Assembly: GCF_018977255.1 (NCBI RefSeq)
Contig: NW_024704743.1
Span: 111,044,001 to 111,108,000, forward strand
Direction: 5' to 3'
Source: Callorhinchus milii
Lineage: Eukaryota
Length of the DNA stretch: 64,000 nucleotides
Positions 36,031-49,424 of this stretch are shown here, one piece after another; the stretch's first letter is position 1, and every line of letters starts with the position of its first letter. The translations under genes were made by a program, and so were the position numbers. The notes beneath the pieces were generated by a model. It was not told the DNA's origin. It did no database searches and was given only the letters and a program-made list of their open reading frames with translations.

Positions 36031-36819
36031 TGCAAAGCAGGTAAGTCCCAGGTTCAATCCCTGGTTGTACTGTGTAAGTTGTTCGACACTGTGGGTTACT
36101 TTATTGCTAATTGTAATACAGTACATAAGACCTATAATTTTGAAACATCTGAAAGTGCATCACATATAATTACTTTCAAAAAGTGACTATATTTATAGAC
36201 CTTGGTTGCTGAAACTGTTATATGTTATTAACAGCAACAACAACTTGCATGTATGTAGTGCCCTTCACAAGGGGTAGTGACCCGGAGCGCTTATTAAAGG
36301 TGAACTGCTTAAGATTAACAGACTGTGATGCTTTGTCCCTCTTTATTAACCACCATGGCTGAAGACGACAATGTCATTTTGTTTTTCACATAACGCAAGG
36401 CCAATATTTCGTCGGTTTTGCTCTTCAGGATCCATACTTTTCTCATCTCTTCCCTTATAGGTGTTTGGAATTAAAATAGTTGATAAAGGGAAGGAATTTG
36501 TGCCCTGGAGTGTTCTGTGGTTCCTCGCAAACATATGGTTAGAGAGTGTCAGAGCTGCTTGTTGCCAAGGTTAAGCAGCCACAGTTGCAGTGAGATCAGA
36601 CAGTTCTTGGCTGGACGTCTAGGATGAAGGCCTTGCGTAAATGGAATGTTCCTGGTTTTCCCTGATAGTTCATTGAGTACCTCAGAGTGAGTCACTGAAT
36701 CACAGAGATCTCAGCTGGTCTAGCGCTGGGTTCACTCCAATTAGCCTCAGTTCCCCTGCATAGGAAAGGGCTAAATCAGTTTGGCTTCAAGGGCCTTGCT
36801 ATCTGACGACTGTCTCTGC

Positions 36820-37010
36820 TGTCTCTGTTCGACTGATTCCGGCCTTCTCCTTATCCCCTAGACCCTTCACCTCGTGCTTTCAGCCACTACGCCCGAAGCT
36901 GTGGAACTCTATCCCTCAATCCCTTTGCTTTGCCCCCTCTCTCCCCATTTTCAAGTAGTGCTTGAAGACTATCCTCTTCGACCGTGCGTACGGTCACCTT
37001 CCCCCTCCCC
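36820..37010 (+). mobile_element. L2 LINE 3' fragment
   Basis: gctttcagccactacgcccgaagctgtggaactct...ctcttcgaccgtgcgtacggtcacc matches 43370-43490. Confidence 0.8.
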
Positions 37011-37135
37011 TGATCAGGTTCAATATGGAGTCCATTGTTGGATACTCACAGTTTGTCCATTGGGCAAGATAGCAGCAGTCTCCTTCTGCCTGACCAGCCC
37101 CTGAGTCTCTACCTTCAGGAGAGAAAGGGGAGATT

Positions 37136-37495
37136 GTGGAGTCCCATAGCGTAGTGGATAATGTGCTCGCCTTGCAAGCGAGAGGACCCAGGTTTGATTC
37201 CCAGGCAGGGTGAAACCTTAAGCAAGTTTCCATACTCCACATGCCTCTGTTTACTTAGCAGTCAGAAGGAACCCGGTTGTTAGTCGAATGGTGGATCGCT
37301 TACTGGGAGTAAAAGTCTCCCCCCACAAAATTTGGTCACTCAATCCACGATTGTTTGTGGGACACTGTGCGCAATTGGCTGCCACATTTCACCCACAAAA
37401 TACACAGTCAATCCACTTTACAGTATATTCTGTGAAGCGCTTTGAGACGTCTCAATGATGTGATAAGGCGCTATATCAAATGTAAGGATTATTAT
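37136..37495 (+). mobile_element. Full-length Deu SINE, long subtype
   Basis: Head, insert, core and tail all present. Confidence 0.92.
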
Positions 37496-38424
37496 AAATG
37501 AAAGACAGGGAGTGGTGGGGTGAATGAGAAGAAAGTGACATATGTCTGCATTGAGCCTCCTGTCAGCAGCTGTCTGAGTGGAGCTGGTGGTGGAGGTGAA
37601 GCTCGTGACCTGGGCCACACCACCCTCCTACCAGGATACAGTCATGTGGAGGGGAACACAAATAAAATAAATCATGGTACTGTTCTGAAGAAATACGATC
37701 CTTTGTGCTAACATTTGGGAGGCCGAGTATCTGCTGGCTGTTACAGTGCATGCAGCTGATAAAACAATTGGACCTAAGCTGGCTGGAGAGAGTTGGCTAC
37801 CCTTATCCTCTTAGTGGCCCATAAAGCGCAAATTTAGTAACATTTACTTTCGTACTTCAAACGTCGAATCAGGCTAATTTGACTGAGTCCCAGCTCCCCC
37901 AGAATGACTTGATTTTGATTTGAATCTGGGATTGTTTCACAATGTGGAGCATTCAACAATGGTGAGTGGGTCCAATTTCTGTGATCAGTTTTTCAGCTCA
38001 TTTTGATCACGTTATTTCACCGAGTGCAGTGCACCGCCCGATCACAGAACAATGGACCAAGAAAGATAAATTGGGCAATAAAGACTACATGGGAGCAGAC
38101 TGATGATCTTTACCTGACGATATAGGAAATATAAACATACACACTATCCATCACAAGATATCATTGGCTTCTGTGCTTGAAATCACCTGAGTAGCGGAGC
38201 AGTGCAATGGGGGCATGTTAATCATTTCTAGCCCACAATTTACAACATACTAAGCAGAGAAATGGGTCCTTACACAAAGGACTACTCAGATGGCTAAGTG
38301 AACTTCTATGGTCTGGCCTCAAGCATACAGACCAAGAAGTTCCCAGTTTTGATCCTTGCTCTGTGCTGGGTTAACTGATCTTGGTCAGAAGCAGGCCAAA
38401 GTAGACATTCAAGGAGAATTTATA

Positions 38425-38717
38425 TAATAATAATAATAATAATAAACCTTGCATTTGATATAGCGCTTTTCACGTCTTCTAGACGTCTCAAAGCGCTTCA
38501 CAGAATATACTGTAAAGTGAATTGACTGAATATTGGTGGGCAAAATGCGGCAGCCAATTGTGCACAACAGTGTCCCACAAACAGTCGTGGATTGAAGTGA
38601 CCAAATTATTCTGTTTTTTTTCTTGAGGGATTATTACCAGGCGTGTGGAGTAAGGAAACTTGCCCAAGGTTTCGCCCTGCCGGGAATCAAACCCAGGTCT
38701 CTCGCCTGTGAGGCGAG
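38425..38717 (-). mobile_element. Deu SINE, short subtype, slightly 5'-truncated
   Basis: High identity to 15960-16283 and 63470-63780. Confidence 0.92.
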
Positions 38718-40124
38718 TTCTTATGTGGGTGCAAGATTACTGATCTTCCTGATGTTTGACATAGTGAAAGGTGCTACATAAATATAAATAGTATAATTAC
38801 GATACAAAATAACATTTATATAGCGCCTTTCATGTCAGGAGGTGATTGAAACCTGTCACTGAGGCTGATAAAAAAGGCCTATAACTGAGGTCTGTAACTA
38901 AATCTGTTAAACAAGACCTCCACACTCATTACCCAGAACCCGAGTAAATTGACTCTGAAATCCTCCTCCTGATCTTTATCATCTTGTTTCTCTTTTGTCT
39001 GTAACAACAACAACAACAAATTACATTTATACAGCGCCTTTCACGTCTGGAGGACGTTCCAAAGCGTTGGACTGTCAGGGATTTGGATCTCTTCCAGACT
39101 TGTCTTTGTGCTTTTTACTCCCCGTACTTCCAACACTGCTGTCTGGGACTTTAATAAAATTCCCTCTCTTCGTTCCTCACTTCTTAAAATCTTATTCAGT
39201 CAAACCCTTGAATTCCCCTTAATTTCCTCCCTGCTCAGAATCCGCGCTGTCCTTGTGAAGCACTTTTAAGCCGTTCATCCAATGTGAAAGGTACTGTGCA
39301 GGGGTAGGTTGTTGTTACATCACTGTTGCAAGCTTCGGGCTCTCTGGGACGCTACTCTGCATGAGGGGTGCTATATAAATGCAAGTTGTTGTTATTGTTA
39401 CACTGTACCTGATGGGGAAGAGCTTGACCCTGCAACAGAGGTTGCAAACATTTTTTTTAAAAAAAGTGCATGAGGCAGGCTTACTCTGAGCAGAGGAACT
39501 TTCTGCAAAGTACAAAGCAAGTTGCTTGCTAATGTTTGCAGGAAGCCGAAGCTGTGTTCGTCATCGGCTGTGATTGACTAAAACAAATCCCACAATGAAG
39601 GCAAGTGCTGAGCAACTCTTTTTCCTAATACTGCTCAAGAGGGTGATGATAATGATGAAGACAGTTGTTCATTCAGCGATGGAGTTTACAAGACAAGCTG
39701 GCTCGGTCTGAATCGCCTGAGCCTGCGAGGGGACTGGCAATGTGTTGAAGCTCTGTGTAGCAATTCTGTGCCCTAGTTAGAGCGTTGCATATTACACGGC
39801 ATGGTGAGAACAAAGCTAACCACATCCAGAGGGAACAATGCTCTATTTATAGAAGACTTGGACCAAACTGGGAAATTCAGATCGTGTTCTGTATTATTTT
39901 TGGACGAGGAACAAAAGTGCTACTGCAATCCACTTCCTATTGAAGCTAAAACCATAGCCAACATTTAAGACCAACGTTTAAAAGGGAATCGGGTAAGACT
40001 TTGAAGAGAAACCATATAAAAAGGTTAAGAGCAGGGAATTGGGATCAGGGCATATCAGTTCCAGTGGGGTATCTCACACCAGCATCAGTTTGATGGGCCC
40101 AGTAGCCCTATTCTAATAACAATC

Positions 40125-40562
40125 ACAATAATAGTAATAATAATAATACGTGCATTTGATATCTTATCACCTTATCACATCTTTAGACAACAACAACAAC
40201 AATGTTTGTATAGTTCCTTTCACGTCGGAAGGACGTCCCAAGGCACTGAACAGCACAGAATCTCAGAACAGAATTGGGATTCAAACCTGGAGAACATAAG
40301 TCAAAGCCTTTACCATGAGGCCATCAAAGAAGTTTACAATTTTTGAAAGAAGTGTTTTATCCATCACTTCACTCAGACATCTCAAAGCGATTCACAGAAT
40401 AAACTGTAAAGTGAATTGACTGTATATTTTGCGGGTAAAACACAGCAGCCAATTGTGCACAGCAGTGTCCCACAAACAGTCGTGGATTGAGTGACCAAAT
40501 TATTTTTTATTTTTTTGAAGGGATTGTTACCCGCAGAAAAGCAATCCAGCAATCGACTAACT
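40125..40562 (-). mobile_element. Deu SINE (long subtype, partial) interrupted by a ~190-bp insert
   Basis: Tail at 40125-40189; body at 40375-40562. Confidence 0.75.
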
Positions 40563-43059
40563 TTGCGCAAGTAAGGTTATGCTGACTCCTTTTTCACTAT
40601 TTTGATGGGACGCTGGAGAAACAGTTCAAATGGAGTTGTTTGCAAAGTAACGAGGCTGCTAGTGTCGGGATCCCATCCTGTTTATAGGGGAATTCAAAGC
40701 ACCGGTGCCAAGCAGGCAAACAATTGCAACTTGTGTGAATTTGTGCAAGTGCAGTTGTTTCCACGTTGCAGATTGGGACTTTGTTTCTGGCAGTGGACTT
40801 TCCTCTATCCCTGGGGAGGTCAGATCTTTATTTATACAAGTTTTCACTGTACGTGACAGTGATTCCCTCCCTCTGCGGTAGCAGACACAACACACCATCT
40901 ACCTTAGTTGTAGCCTTCAGAAGAAGAATGAAGACCCACCTTGAGATCAGTGCAGGGAACAAGTGGTGTTTCAGCTATAATGCAGATCTGCTGCCAGGCG
41001 TTAGCCTGTGGTCAGTGTTGGTGCTGAATTACAAACGTGGCCTTTGAGAGACTTTTGCTGAGAAGCATTTCATTTATCGCTTAGCCTGGAGAACCCCATA
41101 CAGTGATCTTGCATGTTCACACTTCATACACAGCAGAAGAAAAGGGGGAATTGCAAATTTACTGGACAAGAGGGCAATAGGTTAAGGTAAATCCCATCAC
41201 ACCTCATTCAAATAGATCAAGGGGGTGGAGGTTTAAAAATGTTTCTTTGTTCTACTTTCAATTAAGTGTGATCTTTGCCTGATCACTCGCATGAAGTACA
41301 AACTGGTTCTGATGTGGACTTGATGTGCTGCTGCCTGTCTGATGGATCAAATCAAAAGCTTGCCCCAAAACGTGTGCAGACAAATATCCAAAGCATCTCT
41401 ACACTTCAGAAAGAAGGACTGGATTTTTGTGGTGCATTTCACACCAAAACATTTCAGTACTTGGCAGCTATTACTGACATGTGTGAAGTCCATATATATG
41501 TGAACATTTGTAAGAGTTGTACTTCTCACAGACAACTTTGAAGAGGTCCTGGGCACTCATGCCATTTCATCAGGGTTTAAGCCAAATCCTCTTAGGTTAA
41601 GAGGAAGCTAGCTCCCCTTGTAAGAATTGGCCTGTCAAAATGGAAGTTCTAATCTGATAGCGACACCTGTTGATTTCCTCAAAATCCGCTTTATTTTCAA
41701 AGTCTGATCTCCATAGCTGTTTTTTTAACCAAAAGGAAATCAGCTTGCACATTAAGACTGAATTTAGGCCTTTTTACATTTCAGGATAATAGTTAAAGAT
41801 AACTCCAGGAGAGATTTTAGACCTCTGAATTATTCTATTTTTCTGATACTGAAATGTTAGCCTAGATTTTTGCTATGTTATTTTTTGCTGGTGCAAAGGC
41901 CTGAAATGAGGCTTTAATCCACAACCTTGTGATACCTTATAGGGTTGTTCCAGTGTGTCCTTACTATCAGTCAATTTGTGCTCTGGCAGATTTTAGATTC
42001 TGGAGAAGTGAGCCAGTTATTTCCACCATCAGATGAAACTGAACAGATGTGCAAGAGTCCTGACTCATTTGTTGTACTGTTGTATTTTCCTTCCCATGTT
42101 ACTCAGGCTCGCCTTTCCTGTACAACACAGGAATTCACGTAGACACCAGACTGACACTCAGACTTCACCTGCATCTGAGAGTTTCATGACCTCTCATTTG
42201 CTGTAGCCTCAAAGGACGTTATTTGCTTCTCTTTAAAAATATGGAAAGATTTGAATGTTATAGCTAATGGATTTGAATGAGTTATAGAGAATGTTAACTA
42301 TTCTTATTCAGTCAACGACTGATGACCCGGCAGCTGCTCAATACTCATCCTACGGAGAGCTTGTTTGCATTGAATGTCTCCTAGGCTGCTCTGAGACCCG
42401 TGTATTTACAAGGAGAATTCTCCCTTCAGGATAGGGGTAGGGAGGATTCTCAGACAAGTAGCTCAGTATTGTTATTGGGAATAGGCTCTGGATGTCACCT
42501 GCTGAACCATACCGTCCCACTGCACAAAAAGCATGGAGCAGACTATGGTCAATGAGGGTGAAAGTTTGGAGCAGACACACTGTATCATTGAGTTGCATGA
42601 CACAGGTTCACAATCATGTTCCTGGCACGATCAGTAGCTGATCTCAGTTGGCATTTAGAAGCCGCAGTGTGGAGGTAACTATTTCCCACTGGCCAGTATA
42701 GAACCAGTCATTGCGGTTGGATATTACGCTACTCACCTGTCTTCGTGATATGGGTATTGTCGGTGGTGCAGAGAACAAGAGGAGAAAATAGATAAAATAT
42801 TTGGCAAAAATGAAGTAAGAGATGTTTACGGATTTAAGCTGTGGTCAGATATTGTGGGATCTGGTTGCCCTCTGATATCTTGCCAAAGCCAACCACCTGG
42901 CATTCCTTGTACAGGTGCTTGGACAGAAAGTGAGGTCAAGCTATTTCACCATGAGCGCCACAACAGCTGAACCTAATCCTGATAATAAAATCACAATAGT
43001 AATCTTTACATTTGGTATAGCATCTTTCATGTCAAGAGGATGTCCCAAAGTGCTTCACA

Positions 43060-43580
43060 TGCTTTTTGCAGGTCTCCCCAGCTCCACCATTCACAAGATC
43101 CAGCTCATTCAAAACTCTGCTGCCCGCATACTTACCCAGACCAAACTCTGTACCCACATCTCACCAGTTCGGCCAGGCTCCACTGGCTCCCCACTACCGA
43201 ATGGATCGACATCAAGATGCTATTTATCGTGTTCAAATCCATTCACTTCCTGGCACCTCCCTACCTCTCTGAGCTTCTCATTCCCCATTCCACCACCCGG
43301 CGCCTCTGCTCGACTGGCACTGGCCTCGTGCTCATCCCTCGCACTCTCCGCCCCACCATCAGAGGTTGGGCTTTCAGCTGCTATGCCCCGAAACTCTGGA
43401 ACACTCTCCCTCAATCCCCCTTTGCCAGCTCTCTCCCTTCTTTCAAGTCCCCCCTGAAAACATTTCTCTTCGACCGTGCTTACGGCCACCTCCCCCCCAG
43501 CTCGGAGTCAGGCTCCACCACTGTTAAGCGCTCTGAGACTCTACCCTGTGTGGAGGGCGCTATGTAAGTGCAAGTTGTTT
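43060..43580 (+). mobile_element. L2 LINE 3' end (ORF2 C-terminus, frameshifted)
   Basis: AGLPSSTIHKIQLIQNSAARILTQTK / ARLHWLP...LAPPYLSELL...RGWAFSCYAPKLWNTLP...FKSPLKTFLF; tail gggcgctatgtaagtgcaagttgtt. Confidence 0.92.
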
Positions 43581-43707
43581 TTGTTCAGTTTCCACATGCC
43601 AGTTCCGTCATATCTGGTCGCTTACTCTTTCCAGCAGGAGTGGCTCCCAGTGCTCAGGAGTTAGAACTCTGGATGATGTACTCCAATTTCTCCTTAAACC
43701 AGCATAG

Positions 43708-44051
43708 GGCGTCCCGTAGCTTAGTGGTTAAGGGCAAGTGAGTAGACCCAGGTGCGATTCCCAGGCAGGGTGAAATGTTGGGCAAGTTTCCTTGCTCCAC
43801 ACACCTCTGTTTACCTATCAGTAGTAGGAACCTGGTTGTTGGTTGATTGGTGGATCGCTTTCCGGTGGTAATAAAAAAAAATTTGGTCACTCAATCCATG
43901 TCTGTTTGTGGGACACTACTGTGTACAATTGGCTGCCGCATTTTGTTCACAAAATGCATAGTCATTTCACTTTACAATATATTATGTGAAGGCTTTAAGA
44001 CATCTCAATGATGTGATAAGGTGCTATATCAAATGCAAGGATTATTATTAT
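43708..44051 (+). mobile_element. Full-length Deu SINE, long subtype, degraded
   Basis: gtcccgtagcttagtggtta...ttgggcaagtttcc...ggattattatt. Confidence 0.9.
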
Positions 44052-44084
44052 CATAGGACCTCTTCCCTCTACCGCTTCCCCATC

Positions 44085-44290
44085 TAATAACAATCCCTCC
44101 AAAACCAATTATAAATTGGTCATTTTCAATCTACGACTGTTTGTGGGACATTGCTGTGCGCAATTGGCTGCCGCGTTCGCCCACAACTATAGTCAATTCA
44201 CTTTACAGTGTGTTCTATGAAGCGCTTTGGGACGTCCTCCCGACGTGAAAAGCGCTATATCAAATGCAAGGATTATTATTATTATTATTA
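44085..44290 (+). mobile_element. Deu SINE 3' half with L2-type tail segment
   Basis: Short-subtype core followed by ttgggacgtcctcccgacgtgaaa and (ATT)n. Confidence 0.9.
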
Positions 44291-45262
44291 TCTACACCGG
44301 TTGTGATCGACTAGCACAACACAGACCAGACAGCACTAACGCTGCAATTTCCCTTATTGTTATGGCTGAGTGACACACTTTTCCCTGTGGGATACCCATC
44401 GTAAACCAAAGAGATTCCCTTTAGCTTAACATGAATGGAGGATTGTTTGTCCTGATGTTACGAAGAAGTCGAAAAAATTCAGAGTTGATGTCGAAAAAAT
44501 TCAAAGACCAGCTCCCAATAAACAGACCTAACATTTTACAGTTCACAGAACTCCATTCTTTAATATCACAGCTTGCTCACAATGACATACATGAAAATAC
44601 CACTAATGAAGATTAGAATAAGCAGGCAGCAACCTTCTAGGTAAGAACTTTAACAGCTGGGACTAACGTGTAAAGTATTGGGTGCTTGTACTTGGCACAA
44701 ATCCCCCTCCCCCTCCCTCAAAACCAGGGAAATGCTCTGCTCACAAACCAGTAGGAATTGTAAAACCAACAGACCATGTTGCTTGAGAGTGAAGGGTCAA
44801 GGTCAGCATATGTTGTGTATACAGAACATGTGGTTTCTGGGTTGATGAACATGGAGAGGTCACTAGCACCATTGACTATCTGACCTTGATGCTCCTGTCA
44901 GGTTTTCTCGGCAGAGCTTCTGAAGAGCAGATCTAGCAAAGTCAAATCAGTGGAAAGAGACAACATCAAGAGCCTGTCACAGGACACATCAGATATGAAC
45001 GGCTTGCATAACGTAGTACTCAAGATCTTTAACAAAAAAAAGTAGGTATTTACAAAATAAGACCCCAATAAAGTTGTGTTTCCACATCAAAGCTGCAAAT
45101 TGATTGGCTCACTTTTGTTTGTGTCTTTTAAGTTACGTTTCGATTATAGTAAGTTGATTTGTTGACTTTTTTTTAAATGAATCCCATACTAATACATCAC
45201 TATCCAGGATATAAGGGCAGGAGGGTTTGTTCAGGATGGTGAAATGCGTCAGGCATCAGCTC

Positions 45263-45322
45263 TCAGCCAGAGATCTCTTCCCGGAGTTCCTTGTTCCTGC
45301 GAACCTCTGTAGCATGCCTCTC
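45263..45322 (-). CDS. STMN2: Stathmin-2 last coding exon (exon 5)
   Basis: ttttaacag|ERHATEVRRNKELREEISG*; 60 nt. Confidence 0.93.
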   Translation of the reverse strand, partial: ERHATEVRRNKELREEISG

Positions 45323-46957
45323 CTGTTAAAATAGCAAAGCACATTTACCAAACATATGTCTCCTGCCAGTACATGATACAATATGATGGGATGTCACTGC
45401 TGGCAGTAGCAGCCACTCCGCTGTTCCTAATGATGAAAGCACAGTATTAATGAGGGCAATGCGATAGAATAAAAAGCAAACAGTAGGGGGTGAGAGAAAG
45501 TTTATCAGACTGTGAAGATGCAGTGAGCGGTATCTGTTGGGGCTGCTCTTACTTATTATATACATTAAGTCCTCACTAGGGAATAAAGCGACTAATGTCG
45601 GAAATTAAGCTGATGTTGCCAAATTGAGGGAATGGCTTGTGAAAGACTGCAGGAGGTCAAAGATAGAATGCAGAATCAGTTCAATGTCATTTTGGCGTGA
45701 AGAATATAAAAACCAGCAAACCATGAAATGGTAAGATTATAAATGCATTAAGAAGCTGAAACACTAACAAATTGTTAATTAAAAAAATATTTGTCTGCTA
45801 ATTAACCTCCAGTTAATTTGAGCTACAATATATTACTGTGTTGGTTTGAAATGTACATAGTAAACTGCGACATGCAATGCATGTCAAAAGCTAGCTTATG
45901 GCTACCGGTAAGTAGTAATTGCAACTTTTTTATTATGCTGTTCACTCTTCCTTTCATTACTATGGCTGGAGTGCCCTCACTGCTCAGGAGATTTGGAGTC
46001 TCATTATTCCCTTCCCCGATGTCGTGTCTACATGTATGTCTGTTGTTGAAAGAAAGCCAGAGTCTTGTTTCAATCTCAGCCAGTAAACCGAGTTGTTCTC
46101 CATGGTGACTTGAGTATCTCAATGGGACTTGTTGGCTGCAGTGAACAAAACCCAGGCACTTAGAATTGTCCCTTTTACATCTCCAGCGGTGTGACTGTGT
46201 CTCTCAGACCACACGTAGAGACAGTGACAGAATCGCCTCTTCACAACCAGACCTGCTAACATGGAGGGAGCAGATTGGCTGTGTTACAGATGCACTACGG
46301 GCACCTTAACATAAAATGAAGCAGAAATTATTTTCCGAAAGATGGAGGTACTATTTCCTTTCTGTGTTACACCACAACATCTTTTAAAGGGAGTTTTTTT
46401 TTGCAGTAACCTTGAAGATGATTTAAAACTCTCCAAGTTATCCAGTTTCACAGAAAAAGGCAATAATCTAAATCCTTTCTGTATCCGCATCAATCTCAAG
46501 CTCTGCCTATTCCTTATCACTTTATCATCCTATTGTCTGGCCCGCCATCTAGTGACTAGAGTGAGAACTAACAAACTGCACCCATCTGGGCAGCCCTCGA
46601 GTTTGCAGATGGGAATCAGACATTTTACTGAGTGAGCAAGTCTAGTTTATAATTAAATTACTCGTCTGCTTCAAGTTATATCCAGCAAAATAACTTACCA
46701 AGTCTCACAACGTCCACTGTTGTATAAGATCAAATGTATTTAATCACAAAATGAAAGCAGGGGGGAAAAAAACAGCAGGTCTACAGAAAACATGTTTCGT
46801 TCTATTTTAATTTCCTGCAAAGAGCCATTAAGTGGCTGTTGTTACAGTTAAAGACAGGGAAAGAATGGGATTGAGTGATTGGGCGTGAAGTGGGATGAGC
46901 TCCCTCCATGTTAGCAGGCACAAATCTTCGCAATCACTGCCTTTGCTTGGTACTTAC

Positions 46958-47149
46958 CCTCTCACGCAGACGTTCCATAAGTGCAGCTAAATGAGCCTCG
47001 CGGTTTTCCTTGTTCAGTTCCATCTTTAGAATCAGTTTCTCCTCTGCAGTCCTGCTGAAATTATTATTCTCTTCCACAGCCTTTTGCAACACCTCTCGCT
47101 CATGCTCTCTCTTTTCTGCAAGTTGCTTCAGGATCTGGGCTTCCTGAGA
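46958..47149 (-). CDS. STMN2: Stathmin-2 exon 4 (tubulin-binding helix)
   Basis: tgcag|[64 protein letters not shown]|gtaagt; 192 nt. Confidence 0.95.
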
Positions 47150-47554
47150 CTGCAGACAATAGACAATACATGAGACTAACCCCTCACACCTCAAATACGT
47201 CACCTGCTCTTTGTATCGTGTACCTTTTAAGGACAAAAAGAATCTTTTAAAGGTGGTACAAATTATATTTATGTTGTCCTTTTACACAAATCAATCTATC
47301 TTTTACTGGGTGTTTTACTCAACATTCTGACGACATATCCAAGCTTAAAGAAACACCAAATCAAAAAGACCCAGGCAATCTACATACTTGACCATAGACA
47401 TGAAGCTGCAAGTGAATATTTAGCATGTTAATTCGCTAAGGCACCACAACACTCAAGACTGAGAGAGGGAAGCGTAATAATACTAACCCTTGCATTCCTA
47501 TTGCACCTCAACAGGTCGATGGGATGTCTCAAAGCGCTTCACAAGAGAGACTGA

Positions 47555-48050
47555 AAATGTTATGCAGAATTCTGCAGTGCGTGCCCTCTTCCACACCAAG
47601 CTCTGGGATCCCATCACCCCGTTCTTCACTAGGTTGCCATTCCTCAGAGAATTGAGTACAAAACCCTCATTTTTACCTTCAAGGCCCTCCACGGTCTTGC
47701 TCCCGACTATCTCTCCGACCTCCTAACCCCATAACAGCTTGTCCGCTCCCTCCGTTCAGCGGACAACGGCCTGCTTCAGGTCCTCCACACTTCCCGCTAC
47801 ACCATTGGCGCTCAGGCATTCAGCATCTCTGCCCCACATTCTGGAACTCTATCCCGCAATCTCTCCTACTCACCCTCTGTCTCCCGTCTGAAGACCTCCT
47901 TTTTCGACCGTGCCCTCAGCCACCCTCCCAACCTCCTTCCCTTCTGACCTCCAACTCCCAGCTCGGGTCCAAAACCCCTGATTGTCCAGCACCCTGGGAT
48001 GTCTTTCCGATGTGAAGGGCGCTATACAAGTGCAATTTTTTGTTGTTGTA
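47555..48050 (+). mobile_element. L2 LINE 3' end, degraded
   Basis: MQNSAVRALFHTKLWDPITP... plus tail gggatgtctttccgatgtgaagggcgctatacaagtgcaa(TTG)n. Confidence 0.88.
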
Positions 48051-48365
48051 CGACTGTATTTTGTGAGTGAAAGCGCCAGTCAATACGTGCAACGCAATGT
48101 TCTCACAAAAAGCCATGGAGTTAGTGACCAATTTTATTTGGGGATTATATCAGGAGGTATACTGGGAGAAACATCCTTTTTTTCCCGAATAGTGCACCTA
48201 AACAGGCAGATTCGGCGTTGGTTTAACGACTTATGTCATTAACGACAAAATGTAATTTTGTTTGTTGGTATCTGAAGGACAGCACCTTCGACAATGAAAC
48301 ACACCGTCAGCACTGCATTGCAGTGTCAACATAAACTATATTAGTTTCAAGTCCCGATGTGGGGC
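48050..48365 (-). mobile_element. Old DeuSINE fragment
   Basis: gaatagtgc, ggtttaacg, tctgaaggacagcaccttcgacaatg...cagcactgcattgcagtgtca. Confidence 0.7.
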
Positions 48366-49424
48366 TTTGTCACCATTGTCAAAAACAGCTTGCTCAGTTT
48401 TCACTTAATGAAAAAGCTTTCAGCAAACCTTCACACAGCAGAATGACATAACACTCAACAAAATATATCACTCATCATTTGTGGGTGATGTCACTGTTTG
48501 CCCTCCAAATTGGCCATAAAAGATCTCCCTGTTGAGCTGTTGAAACTGTATCACCATTCCATGTATCGGAAACCTACTTTTGTTTCTCTGTTCTCCGTAT
48601 CTGTACTTTAAGGAAAGGGAAGAATATCGTGGGGGGATGGGGGGATAACCTCCAAAAATATTTTGAAGACGCCAATGGACCTTTAAGAACAACCCCACAA
48701 TTGCATTCAAAACTGTACATCTAATTTTGTGCTAATGTACTGAGCAGATCAGTAATTGCCTCGGGTATTAAATTTACTACTAATAATATCCTGTCATCAT
48801 TTCTGACTGAGGTTTGTTTGTGTACTAAATCTATGGAAGAAGTCAGTGATCATTTGTTAAGAAACACTCGCCTGGGGACTGAATGGCACAGTGGGTAGAC
48901 GACTGTCATTAATTTTGCTCTAATTAGCAGTAACTGTCAGTGTCTTACAGTGACCCAGTGATGCTGGTATGTGAAACAAAAGTCTTACAATAGCACAGTA
49001 GAAAGTGTCCTTTTGAGATCGGGGTTATGCAAGCTGCTGGCCACAGTAGAAGGAGCTCTACTCTATCCATAACTAATGCTGTACATGTCCTGGGAGCATC
49101 TGATGGGCAGTTTGGAGGAATGCTAATTCTATATTTAATCCACGCCATATTTCATCCTAGAAATCTAAACAGTCCTGTGTCTTTATCTGTTTACATGCCA
49201 TAGAATAAATTCCAAGCATGATATTGTAGCTAGTCTGTATATTTTACATATGCATTTCCCCTCAATCACTTTGCTCATTACACTGTATGTGCATTTATCG
49301 GAGGAATGAAACACACTTCACGTTGCATTTAGTGACAGCGCAAAGGAATCTCGATTGAGTACATGTCATTCAGTATCTAACACTTGACAGCTAAACTTCA
49401 AGTGTATTCCAGTAGTCTGATCCT

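Noticed and set aside
39640..39725. Box C/D snoRNA-like motifs (GTGATGA ... CTGA)
   Set aside because: Negligible terminal stem, intergenic location and no recognisable rRNA guide.
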